Assembly: GCA_028023455.1 (NCBI GenBank)
Contig: JAQFVV010000004.1
Span: 620,001-684,000, forward strand
DNA length: 64,000 bases
DNA from: Epiperipatus broadwayi
Lineage: Eukaryota; Animalia; Onychophora
Direction: 5' to 3'
In this document: piece after piece, positions 13,156 to 24,780 of the stretch
Layout of the letters: each line of letters starts with the position of its first letter
How positions within the stretch are numbered: position 1 is the stretch's first letter
Made by a program: the position numbers and the translations under genes
The notes under the pieces: generated by a model
What the model saw: the letters and a program-made list of their open reading frames with translations, nothing else
Told to the model about the DNA's origin: nothing
Database searches by the model: none

Positions 13156-13717
13156 TACCATATAATACTCAATTGTCCAAACACTTTACTACTTTTACAG
13201 TGCTTTATTTTCCATTCTTTTCTATAGAACTGCAACATAATATAAAAATATAAATATATATGAACATATAATTTACATTCTATATATACATCTTATAATA
13301 TCTTTTATTTTACATTATTATTATTATTCATTTCTTACCCTTTTTACCTTCTATATTTATTAATCACAATATTTCCTATACATATATTCACACATACACA
13401 TATGTACACATACATGTATATGTATATGTGTATGTGCATATATATGTGTGTATATGTATATATGTATAGGAAATATTTTGATTAATAAATATAGAAGGTA
13501 AAAAGTTAAGAAATGAATAATAATAATCATGTAAAATAAAAGATATTATAAGATGTATATATAAAATGTAAATTATTTGTTCATGTATATTTATATTCAT
13601 ATGTTTGTATTATGTTGTAGTTCTGAAGAAGATTGCTGGGGCAATCGAAACTGGAGGATGGAAAATAAAGCATTGTAAAAGTAGTAAAGTGCTTGGACAT
13701 TTGAGTATTATATGGTA
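13156..13717. mobile_element. Foldback element (about 240-bp arms, AT/AC microsatellite loop), PLE-pLTR-like; hammerhead kept only in the right arm
   Basis: taccatataatactc...atttcctatacata is mirrored by tatgtataggaaat...gagtattatatggta; the left arm lacks the HHR core. Confidence 0.85.
13617..13660 (+). ncRNA. Hammerhead core with perfect stem II; cleavage triplet appears mutated
   Basis: CUGAAGA-A-GAUUGC UGGG GCAAUC-GAAAC-UGGAG. Confidence 0.65.
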
Positions 13718-13815
13718 TTGTATATATATATATATAATTAATAGTAATAAAATCATGTTGTATGTCACATGACATACAACATGCAATCTGGCATCATTTT
13801 TCTTTTTTTGAATAA

Positions 13816-14197
13816 GTGTAGATATATTGCATAATTTAATTAAATATTTATCAAATGTCAGTATATTTTTCTTATTTTATATCTTATACCTTATTTAATT
13901 ATTATAAATAGAGTCATATTATTGCCACAAGAAGCTGATAATCTTCAACGAAAAGTAGCTGTAATCATTGTAATTGTATATAAATCTATTGTAATAAATA
14001 CTGCATTGTGTAGGTATATTGCATAATTTAATTAAATATTTATCAAATGTCAGTATATTTTTCTTATTTTATATCTTATACTTTATTTAATTATTATAAA
14101 TAGAGTCATATTATTGCCACAAGAAGCTGATAATCTTCAACGAAAAGTAGCTAGTCATCGTAATTGTATATAAATCTATTGTAATAAATGCATTGTG
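13816..14197. repeat. 192-bp tandem duplication containing a candidate 43-nt exon (13912-13954 and 14104-14146, VILLPQEADNLQRK)
   Basis: Near-identical copies with period 192; ataaatag|agtcatattattgccacaagaagctgataatcttcaacgaaaa|gtagct in both. Confidence 0.85.
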
Positions 14198-15711
14198 AAC
14201 AGAACATATACTTGTGATGAGCTTTAAATATAATAGAATAAATAAAGGAATAATGAGCAATGGTGGACTATTAATAAAATAAATAAAGGAATAAAACAAG
14301 GAATATAAAATATTAACTATGCATGTTCGTATATCTATTGCAGATCAGACTTCAGTAGAAAATACATATATATAGTTTTGAGAAATGAAAATGGATATAA
14401 GAATTTGACATCCTGAAAATAAAAATAGACATCATGATTTAGATATTGTTTTCTGTGTAAGATCTAAAAGAGAGTTTTATAAGTATCCCTTCAATAAATG
14501 ATTAGACTATAAGCATAGGCAAAAAAATTATTTATGTATTAAAAGTTAAATAATTATCATGGTGATTTTGAATTTTGTGATGTGACAAGGAAGAAATGAT
14601 AGGGCTGAGGGAAGCGGAGGGGATAAAAAATAAATATAAAATATTGATAAAAGTTGTAGAGAAGATAGCGTAATGACAATGATGACATTGTTTAAATATC
14701 GCAAGAGAAAGGTTTACTTTGAAAATCTTCATATGTTAAAATGAAATTTTAATTCAGTTAGAAATATTGTTATTTCAATATCCTTAATTCTTGAGTCTTT
14801 TTGGATTAGGAAATTTTACTTATTTAAACAAAGTTATTCAAATAATTATAACAGTAAAATGGAACAATGCTTAAAAAGTGTTCATACAATTATTGCTTTC
14901 AAAAAATTAATTAAGAAAAAAATAGATAAATTCAAATAAGTATGATAATGAAAGTTATGTTCTTTTATCACAGTGCTTACATGTTCTTTCACAAATTGTG
15001 CTCTTTGGATATACATGCTAATGTAAAAATGCTTAAATATCAGTTAATTCACTATCATTGTTTTAAATAAAATTGTAATTTTTTGCTTTTATATTTGATA
15101 CATATTGAGAGTCAGTAACATGATTTTTGAACAATTCAACTCTTAGTAGTTGATTTTGTCCATAAATAGTAATATGTGCTTGTGCATGCTATAATTGTGA
15201 TGACAGAATTAAAAATGGCTGGTTAATAGATTACTATCTAAATTTTGAGTAATTAAATATTTGTATAGAATTGTAAATTTTTTTGCTTTATATTTTGTAT
15301 GCAATTAAAAATTAGATGTGGATAAATTACTTTAATTTTTAAATAATTCAGATTTTTCAAAAATGAATACTTTAAGAAAAATTATAATCTATGCTTATGT
15401 TTGCTACATCATGTTGACAAATTTAAATGGTCAGACATTTGTGTGTTGTTGTTTTTTAATTTCATTCATTTTAAATAGAGGTATTTAGTCTAGAATTGTG
15501 AATCTTTTTTATACATTCCATCCACTGTTTAGAATTAATGTATATTAAAGATATTTTCAGAACATTTTGATAAACACTTAATGAATAATATTTCCTTAGT
15601 GTAATTTTCATTACAACACTATAGAAGTATTATTCATTAAATGAATAATCTCTAGTCTGATGAATGACCAATAAAAATTATTAATATTTTGACAAACACT
15701 TTGCTTTGATC

Positions 15712-17667
15712 CAGCCATACTCAGCCCTTTTTTTTTTTTGGAAGGGAGGGAGGACATACATGTGTGTTTATGTTACATGGGACACAAGGCAGTCTGCAAC
15801 ATAGTACACTATATCTCATCATATGATGTGTAAAAAAGTAAACCTAAATGTATTCAAGTGTGTATTTAAAAATTACTGTGACTTTTGATGTTGAGACAAA
15901 CTTTTGATTGTAATTAGCTAGATACCACCCTTAATACATTTTAGAATAGGATAATTTGCAATGGTAGATTAATATGAACAACATGAGCAGCATTTGGACA
16001 CACTTTTGTACAATCTTGTATTTTTCAAGCACTAATTTCCAAAATTCAGCATACTTTTTCCCTTCCTTTTTTTTAAAAAAATTCTCCGGATTCATATCAT
16101 TTTTGAGTTCAGTGAATTCATCAAATAGGTTTGTATAATCATATTCCAATGCAGCTATTTGTGTAATAATTGTTGTTTTTAAATACTAGGAATTTTCTAC
16201 TAATATAATAGACAATTCTTAATGTTTTTTAAATCTTGAAACTTACTCTTAAATCCCTTCTACAAGGCAGTTTTTTAAGTTCCAGGGATTTTCTACTAAT
16301 AACAGACAGTTCTTGACATTTTTTAAACCTGAAATCTGTACTTAAATCTATTGTATAAGGAAACTAAATAATTTGAAATGATTGCATAGTCTTCTGGGAT
16401 ATTATCAATACCATCTTGTTTAGCTTTTATTATGTTTGGGCTATGTATGTGTTCTAAACACCTATATATTTATATGTAGGGAGTAAAGTTAATAGTAGAA
16501 ATATATTTTGTTTAATAAAATATATTAATTTTATAAAAAGTAATCAGCACTAAATAGAGAGATTTTACTTATGATAAAATTTGATAATGAATATTCAGTG
16601 CTTAATCATTTATAAAACTAACCAATCTATTTTATCTAGTATAAAATCTCTCTATTAAACATTGCCTATTTTTAATATAATTAATATATATTTTATTAAA
16701 AACATAAAATATATATCTACTGTTATTAACTTCTTATAATATATATATATTTGCTTTGAATCTTGACTTAGTAGTTGTAAAATTAAGCAGTAGTTAGTTT
16801 TGTATTTCCTTGTAACAGATGCTTAGTTTTTCATTAATTAGATTCTTAATTAATTAATAATTTATTTTAATTAGATAAAATGATTCATTTCTTATATCTA
16901 TTTTTACTACATAAATATAGGTACATGTAAATGTGTGTGTGTACACAGTACTTGATTCGCTATATGTGAAATTATTTTATTCTCAATCCATGAACACTGA
17001 TTGAATTTGCCATGTTTTTTTGTAATATCACATAGAAAGACTAAAAGTCACCGACATCCATCATTTTCAACTTTTCTGGAAACTTTATTGTTTTGTTGCA
17101 AAAATAATTTCTTGCCTACTAAAAATACTGATATAGAACTTTTTCTCTGCTTAGCTATCACACTAATGTAATGTGAAGGAATGTTGCTATAATTACTGTT
17201 TATTTTCACATCTTATTAAAGTCCAGTGAGGAAAAAAATCCTTAAATGATTTGTGTTTCATAATGATGAATGATATTATAATTTTTTAATACCACACTTT
17301 CATGATAAATCACACAAGTTGCCAAACTATGTTTAATTTACACATGGAAACATTTCCTTTGCAACTGTGTTAAAACACTCTATTTTCATTGGATATTTTT
17401 TTGTTTGTATTTTGAAAACACTCCTGCCATTGTAAGTAATTAAATTATAGTTTGACATGAAACAATACCTTTTGAAACAGGCACAGAGCTTGTCACACAT
17501 TGAAGTAATTTTGCAAAATAAAACAAACAAATGTATCATGAATGCTATCTCTGATTGAAGTGAGGTGCGGGTAGGTGCAGCACATGTTAGTATTTTAAAA
17601 ACTTAGATTAATGAGTGTGTGTTTTGAGCACATAAAAACTTGATGGGTCGCAGATTGAGTATGTCTG
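15712..17667 (-). mobile_element. Internally deleted hAT DNA transposon (Buster/SPIN/GTF2IRD2-like) with TIRs and 8-bp TSD
   Basis: TIRs cagccatactcagcc / gattgagtatgtctg (12/15 match); flanks ctttgatc / ctttgatg; ORF 15931-16149 (EFWKLVLEKY...LLMLF..YHCKLSYSKM) resembles the hAT C-terminal dimerisation domain; ORF 17333-17539 (LCAC...YNL) resembles the N-terminal zinc finger. Confidence 0.85.
16485..16735. repeat. AT-rich foldback (about 90-bp arms) nested in the hAT element
   Basis: ttaatagtagaaatatatttt...aatagagagattttact is mirrored by agtataaaatctctctatt...tatctactgttattaac. Confidence 0.65.
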
Positions 17668-17829
17668 CTTTGATGTGATTTTTTAAAAAAATTAACATTT
17701 TCATTAATGAATGTGATGCAGAAATTGGCGTTTTTGTGTATATTTTTGCTACATTATAATTAGATTAATCTTATAGTGCTGAATATTAAAAGTTTTCAAA
17801 TTTGAGGATTTTGGAATAATAGTATTCAC

Positions 17830-19617
17830 TCTATATTAAAAGTGTGCATACACATATTGAAGCCGCAGTAGATTTGGATCACAATTTAGTAATGGGAAAA
17901 TTGCAGATATCTTTTAAAAGAATATAGGTAACTGAAACAAAATAGAAATAGGCAACTTTTAAGTTAAAAAAGGATATTAGAGAAAATATATATATATAAG
18001 AAAATAAACTTGTAGAAGTGTAGTAATTAAGTATGCAGAATTACTCCAAAAAAAAAAAATGTTAAAAATATTGCAATAAATATAGGAATATCTTTAAAGA
18101 AATAATTTTAAAAAATAAAAAAATAAAAAGCCTTGTTGTTTGGAAGATCAACAATAAAATTATATAGGGAAGGTAGTAGTATATGAATTCTGTAAAAAGA
18201 AAATTGTACGAAGACAGCAAGGGAATTGAGATGAGAAAAAAATACAGCTAGAAGAAAAAAGTTTAGAAAGTGATTATAATGAGATAGAGATTTATAAAGA
18301 GAAGATAATTTTGATTTAATGTACAGCTAAATAAAAAAGTGTTGCAAAAGCTGGGTTGGGTAAACGAAATTGTATCTAAAGATGGAAATGGTAAATTATT
18401 ATTTAAAGTAGGTGTCAAGCGTTGGTGGTCGAGTGGTCAGCACAGCTGCCTTACAAGCAGTTGTTGCGGGTTCGCCGATGCTTTGACACATGGAAAAAAA
18501 AGTAGGTGCATTGCAAAAATAGAGTAACCCAAATGATTTTTATGACAGAATTCTCAAGCCATTATTTGTATTATTTAGAAAAAAACAGTTAAGCAATAAT
18601 AAAAGAAGTTGGAAAACATTAATTAAAATTAAAATTGGTAAATACAAAGAGTTAATAAGATTTAACTTATGAGGCAAAAGAACTTGAGAATATTAATTGT
18701 TGTTTGTAATCTTGTTTATGATGTGGAAAATGACCTATAGATTATTTTATAACAGTTACAATTCTAATAAAAATAAAAAATAAAAATTTAAGAAGTTTAG
18801 AACAATTAGTTTAATTTCATGCATGGATAAGATTCTATTGATAGACATTTTTATCATATTCCTATGTGAAGAACACTTTGTATTTAGAAAAGATAGATGG
18901 ACAAGAGATGCTATTGGTATAATGATAATTTGTTGAGAAATAAAGAGACTTGGATTAATTATCGTTTCATTGATCCTGGAAAGATTAAGTTACTTTGTTG
19001 ATTATATTGAAAAGAAATGTCCAGAATGGGAAAGGCAAATTATAAAAAACTTGTGTATAAATCAGAAATTTTTTCTTAAATTTTTTTTATTAAAGAAATA
19101 TGTATAGGAAGAGAAATAAAATGCACACTCATATATATGTGTTGTGTATGTGAATATTGAAAATTTTTAGTGAGAAAATCAAATAAACAAAATATTAAAA
19201 CTGGAGTGACAAACTGAAAGCATGTTCTTCAGCAATAATATTTGACTGTGAAACGCAGACAATAAGTAATAAAATTAGGAACAAATTGGAAGTCTTTGAG
19301 ATGGAGAAGAATAGAAAAAATCAGTTGGATGAAAGAAGTAAATAAAAAAAGAAGGTAAATTGAGAAAATCAGAAAGAGAAACTGGATTGGATATATATTA
19401 AGAAATTAAAGTTTAATGAAAGATGTTTTTGGAGAGGATGGTGAGTGGAAATAAGAAGAAGGGTGGAAAAGATTGAAAGTGTTGGATGATATAAGAGATG
19501 GGAAAAATGAATGAGGAGCTGGGCAATGAAGAGAATGGAATGGAGAAAATGAATAAATTGATGATGTGACAGCCCTTTGAACCTATCCATGGGACCGAAT
19601 ACTATTAATTGATTGAT
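17830..19617 (+). mobile_element. Degenerate RTE LINE (same family as 7064-9960), interrupted by a SINE
   Basis: DLDHNLVMGK (end of APE) at about 17870; CETQT and EVFEM (RTE C-terminal motifs) at about 19248-19305; 3' end acctatccatgggaccgaatactattaattgattga matches the 3' end of the first copy. Confidence 0.8.
18415..18500 (+). mobile_element. tRNA-Gly-derived SINE (anticodon reads TAC), with TSD aaagtaggtg
   Basis: tcaagcgttggtggtcgagtggtcagcacagctgccttacaagcag...tttgacacatgg(A)n; flanking duplication. Confidence 0.85.
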
Positions 19618-20044
19618 TTATTTGTCTGTTCTGTAAACCAAAAATGGACTATTTAACTTATTCCCTAGTTTCTAAATAAGAAAGGCAGATTAAACATTAG
19701 TATTATATATGAAAAGTTAAAGTATTATAACTGTTCAAATTTTTTCATAAGTAAATAAATCTTTCTCATAAAATTCCTTATTTAAAAACTAGATAATAAG
19801 CTGAAGTGGTCCATTTTTAGTTTATGGAGGGGTCAAATAAATATTGTTGGATGATGAATTTTCAAATTGCAGTTCCAGTTTTTAATTGTTTAATTTTCTT
19901 GTTAATGCCATTGCTGAACTCAAAAAATACAAGGATTATCTCATGAAAGCTTTCAATATTTACATCTATAAATCTAAAAAAAATTTCAAATATATATATA
20001 TATATTGTAATGACATATAAGGAACACCAAGAATGAGCAGTATC

Positions 20045-20143
20045 TTTTTTTTTTTCTCATGTGTCATAGCATCAGCCGGGAAGCGAACCCGCTAACCCGG
20101 GACAACTGCTTGTAAAGCAGCCGTCGCTGACCTCTCGACCAAC
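20045..20143 (-). mobile_element. tRNA-Gly-derived SINE, 5'-clipped
   Basis: Reverse complement of ttggtcgagaggtcagcgacggctgctttacaagcag...gatgctatgacacatgag(A)n; flanked by tatcttttttt on both sides. Confidence 0.85.
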
Positions 20144-20734
20144 AATATCTTTTTTTAAATCAATGTTAAATAATGTTACATTTATATATAAGGCAACAGC
20201 AAGATGTAAGTTGTTTAAAATCCGTCTTAAAAAAGTAACTATTTGAAATCATAATTTTAATCAATTATATGTATTAACAAATTTTAAAGTAATAAAATAA
20301 ATATGAACACAGTATCAGATAGATAGTACTTAACTAGTTTGTTTAAATGAAACTTTAGCCTTTTCTAAAATAGTTTTTTTAAGTGTTTTTTTTTTTTTAA
20401 AAAAGAGCTACTTTTAAAAAAGAATAATAACACTTAAAACAAGATTTATATTCTATGATAAGTTATTTTGAAAGCTATAATTATATTTAAAACTTTTCAA
20501 AAAATTTCAAAATGGGATTAATTATAGATAAAATAAGCTTTGTTATTGTGATTCAAAAAATGCAAAGCGATAACAATTTTTTTCTAGAATGAAGAACTGG
20601 TTCCAGCATGGTGGCTCCACTCTTTAGCTCTAATGAATTCTAACTGATAGTTAAAAATTCTTATGGTTGAATGCTAGGATTTTCCAATATAGATTTTGAA
20701 TAAGAGAATGAGGTATTTACATATTAAACCGTTT

Positions 20735-21000
20735 TGCAATGGCAGAATGCCTTATCTTTTTTCAGCTGGGGGGTGGTAGTGGTGGTAGGAGTGTTTGCTA
20801 TGGCATTCTACCATAGTTGTAACTTCTTAATACGACCTGAGAAAAAAGTCACAGTTTTTAAAAATGTATTAAAAAGTCACAACCACAGCATTCTGCCATT
20901 GCAAATACCCCCCCCCCCCAACTGAAGAAAGATACAGCATTTTGCCATTGCAAATACCCTCCCATCCCCAACTGAAGAAACATACAGCATTCTGCTGTCA
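20735..21000. repeat. About 47-50-bp tandem unit (2.5 copies) plus an inverted copy
   Basis: cagcattctgccattgcaaata(c)n-aactgaagaaa(g/c)ata repeated over 20886-21000; inverted ttgcaatggcagaatgc...ttcagctggggg at 20735-20772. Confidence 0.75.
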
Positions 21001-21524
21001 GAAACACGGATAGCAGGTCTAATACGTAAGTACCAAAAAGGATTTGCATTCAGTGAATTACACCAATTAATGATATTTCAAATATTAATGCTTAAAAATA
21101 TATATAAATGTGATAAGTTCAACACAATACTTTCATTAGCTTCAAAATCTTATAAATATATTAATGACAAATCTTCATTTATTTTATAACTTATAGAAAC
21201 AATTCAATTACGAAGTATCGCCCAGATGAGTTTTATAAGTACTTGTCAGTAGGAAAAATGATATGGTAATTCATAATATTTTAAATCATCCAAATATCCT
21301 ATAACTTATCTTTGATTTTCATAATGTTATCTAGAGAAATTTTTGAAAAAAATATCCATTTTCTTAAGGAAAAGATATGACTGGCATGCTAAATTAAACA
21401 CTTACGTGATCAAATAACTTTGAAAAATATTAAACTTTAACTACAATTTAGAGAAAAGAGTTGCAGCACTATGATTTTTACCATTGTATTTAATAAAAAA
21501 TTTAATTCTAATATATCATTACTT

Positions 21525-21830
21525 GCAAAAGACAACCCATTGTTTATTACACCACAGCGATTTTTGACTTGGTAAAAACTCATCTCACAAAGGGATGCTG
21601 TAATTGGTTTTGAAAACTATGTAAGCTGAAAAACCAAAGAGCACATCAATGTACCAAGCTTTTTACTTAATTTCATGATAGCAAAAACGCAATGCAAGTA
21701 CTAGTTAAAAATCTGCCACAAATGCTACATTATAATGTATTTGAAGAGGAAGCAAGTCTTGGACTAGACAAATTCTTTTCACCCGGCTTTACCAGATAAT
21801 GAAGCCAATACTGTTATAAACATTAATGAC
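21525..21830 (+). pseudogene. Possible mariner/Tc1 transposase relic
   Basis: One frame reads PIVYY...CNWF*KLCKLKNQR...FHDSKNAMQV, and a shifted frame gives HPALPD; loosely parallels mariner IVYYELL...HHDNARPH...HPPYSPDL. Confidence 0.3.
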
Positions 21831-21944
21831 TATTTATATCAGTTAAATTATATGGCAAAATGACAGGAATTCTTTCTTTGCAGTTGAAGCAGAGTAATTT
21901 CAAATATTGGGGGGGGGGGTATCTAAAAAACTAAAAAAAAAATA

Positions 21945-22070
21945 TTGCAAATCTTACAATGAAAGAAGTCATTTCACAAAAATGAGAACCCAACTTCAAA
22001 AAGAAGGATCTCACATATCTTACAATGAAAGAAATCATTTCACAAGAATGAGAACTGAACTTCAAAAGCA
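21945..22070. repeat. About 66-bp tandem duplication
   Basis: atcttacaatgaaagaa(g/a)tcatttcacaa(a/g)aatgagaac..aacttcaaaa occurs twice. Confidence 0.8.
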
Positions 22071-22461
22071 AAATGATAAGCAACAATTCAGCATCTGCTG
22101 TAACAAAAAAAAAAAAATCCAGGATGTTTTAATTCATTGACTGAAATTACTCCTAATGAAATTTGAATAAATTAAACTAAGCAGAATCATGGCAGTGCTA
22201 TTTCTTTATTTCTGCAGCAACTACTACAATTAACAGAAATTGGTGCTCCCAAGTGATAGTCCAAAAAAAAAAAAAAGATTCAGAATTTTTTAATAGATTT
22301 AATTCATGCCTCTTCTACAACACGTATATAAATTGAGAAATCCTCACATCAAAGAATATAAATATTTTACTTCTATGAATAAGTTGATACATTTCATCCA
22401 TTACAAAAAATGATTTGAAATGACCAGATAAATCTCATTATTTTACATTGATGTTTTTTAT

Positions 22462-22655
22462 TGGTTATTTGGCGCAGTTGAAAGAGCATCCAACTTGAAA
22501 TTGGGAGATGCCAGGATTGATTCTGACACTCGAACTTGTTATGACGTCCGCACAATAAAGTCACTACCATTTTTTTGCCCTGTGTGGTTTGATGTAGTTA
22601 GTAGAACTTCCAACTTAAGATCAGGAGATTCCAGGATCAATTCTTCGGCATCAGC
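22462..22655 (+). pseudogene. Tandem pair of decayed tRNA-like sequences
   Basis: tggcgcagttgaaagagc-a-tccaa cttgaaa ttggg-agatgccaggattgattctg and tgatgtagttagtagaac-t-tccaacttaagatcagg-agattccaggatcaattct share a tRNA layout with damaged B boxes. Confidence 0.45.
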
Positions 22656-22779
22656 AATAATGCCAAATGCCTTTTTTTATTGGTAATTTGTTAATATTAA
22701 TTTTTTACTATTTCTGTTTTTCTTTTTTATTTGTTTTTTTTTTTCCTCTCCATAAAATCCCATCACAGATTTATGTTTT

Positions 22780-24330
22780 AATGAAATAAATCTAAGGGGC
22801 ATCAATTCTCCTCTCATATTTTTTTATTTACAAAAATAAAATACTCTATAAAGATTTTCAAAACTTCAGCAGTATCTTAGCAAATTTGGAAATTTCAATA
22901 AATTCATTTTCTAAACTTTCAGGATTTTATATTTAGATCAGCATATGAAATTCTGTATCATTTTGCTTTTTTACTTTTAGCTTTACAATGTATCTATATA
23001 ATAACTCATCATTAAACAATTAATTAATCAGATTAATTTGATTTTAATTCTTAATTTATCCCCATCTATAATTATGGGGGATCTCAATATGTTCTTTTCT
23101 GATTTTGCAGCAAAATATTTGAATCTGATTAGTAGAAATCTTATAAGAGCAGGTATCTTTTCTGCTAATTCTATCTTTTATATATATATATATTAAAAAC
23201 CACTCTTCCTTAATTGATGTTATTATATTTAATTTACTTGCATTTTATCTTAAACCTTTCCTCATTCCTATTTGTTCTCTATCTAGTATTCAGTGTTATG
23301 ATTAGATATGCAAGATCAGTTATTACTTTTACTTAATAATATTACCAGATTTCTTGTTAAGTGTTCTATTTCACATAGTGACTGAAATTTATATTTTATT
23401 TAAAAAAAAAATATTTCTCTTGATCAAGTAAAGGGCTGGTTTTCCTTTATCAACATTATGTCATCTATAATTAGTTTTTTTGTTCAGAAAAATAAGCATC
23501 CTAAGAGACTCATCAAAGAATTAAATTCATTCTTTTAAACTAAATAGAATTTCATGTAAAATACTTCTTTAATAGATTATGCTCCCCAAGCAAATTTATA
23601 GGCAGTCTCAGTTCATATTGCTTGGCTAGTTTTAAACTAAAAAGTATAAGATTTTTTTAGCTAATCTTCACAACTGATACAAAGGTTATATCTGTTTAGT
23701 GCTCCATTATAGGCCAAAAAATATCATCTTTCTCTATTCTCAAAAATTCTAATTTGATTGTTCAAAAGATATGTTGTCTTTTTTTTCTTTAAACCACACC
23801 TATGGAGGCTTAATTTTTTGAAGTTCTCTTCCTTTTTTTTTTATTTGTTATCACCAAAAACAACTGTATAGTCACAAAATACAAGATTGTTATAAAACTG
23901 AACTTTTAGGAATTCCTAAGTTTTTATTGATACACTTACTTTAGTTATTTCACTATTTCTATCATCAATATGCTATCTTAAAAACAGATTTAGATTGTCA
24001 ATCAACTATACCCAATGACTGTGGTTCCTTTTTTAAGAAACATTCTTTCTTTCTCTTTGGTAATTTGAGACTAATTTCAGCTTTACCCAATTATAAAAAA
24101 TATTGAATTTTTCATCAAAGATAAAATTCAATCTTTTATTTTTTTCCCCATTTCATAGTTTCAATTTATCAACAAGAGCTGCTCCAATTCTAAAGGACTG
24201 ATGCTGTCTAAAATAATTATAAATAATATTAACCCAAGTAAAAAAAGGCAGTTTTTATTGTTATTCAGTTGGACATGTATTGACAAATTCTTCTAGCATT
24301 AATGTATATACTGGCGAATTTGCTTTCAGT
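22780..24330 (+). mobile_element. Degenerate L1/Tx1-like LINE fragment (APE endonuclease into early RT)
   Basis: INLRGINS (about 22786) and PSIIMGDLNM (about 23060-23090) are APE motifs; the rest is riddled with stops. Confidence 0.55.
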
Positions 24331-24360
24331 AAGAAAATACATATAACTTTGAATGTAAAT

Positions 24361-24780
24361 ATAGGAGATTTGAACTCAAACTTTCAAGCACCCTTCAACT
24401 ATCCATACTATCTCATACCGCTGATACACATGACCACATACATGTAGAAAAGATAAATAATCACCAATATACGTATTTCATGCTAAAACAGCACTCATCA
24501 GTTGGTCTAGATTATCTCACACACGTAATCAGTAATCACTTTATATGAATATAGCAAATGTCCATACTTTAATGGACAGGCTTCAATCCACTCCAACCTC
24601 CAAATCTTCAGCCATCCATACCATTGAAAATCTGATGATGGAAAGCTCAAATCACCATGCTGATGCCAATATTATTGTCATGCTCATGTTGACCTCAAGT
24701 CATTCTGACCCCTCATGTATAAGACCTTATCCATTTCAATCCTGCCCGTCCCTCTTCTATGTATTTAAATGGATAATGTA
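24361..24780 (-). mobile_element. Family B element: PLE GIY-YIG remnant, hammerhead, and tRNA-like tail
   Basis: Minus strand has frameshifted HEHDNNI...HHQIF (GIY-YIG C-terminal half), then the HHR, then a tail ending gagttcaaatctcctat; homologous to 44820-45655 and 46960-47265. Confidence 0.7.
24463..24506 (-). ncRNA. Apparently intact minimal type-I hammerhead ribozyme
   Basis: ACCAA-CUGAUGA-GUGCU GUUUU AGCAU-GAA-AUACGUAU-A^UUGGU: 5-bp stem I, 5-bp stem II, palindromic stem III; predicted cut between 24468 and 24467. Confidence 0.85.

Noticed and set aside
13930-13960. Hammerhead (CUGAUAA...GAAA) in the tandem duplication
   Set aside because: Stems I and II do not pair; better read as coding sequence
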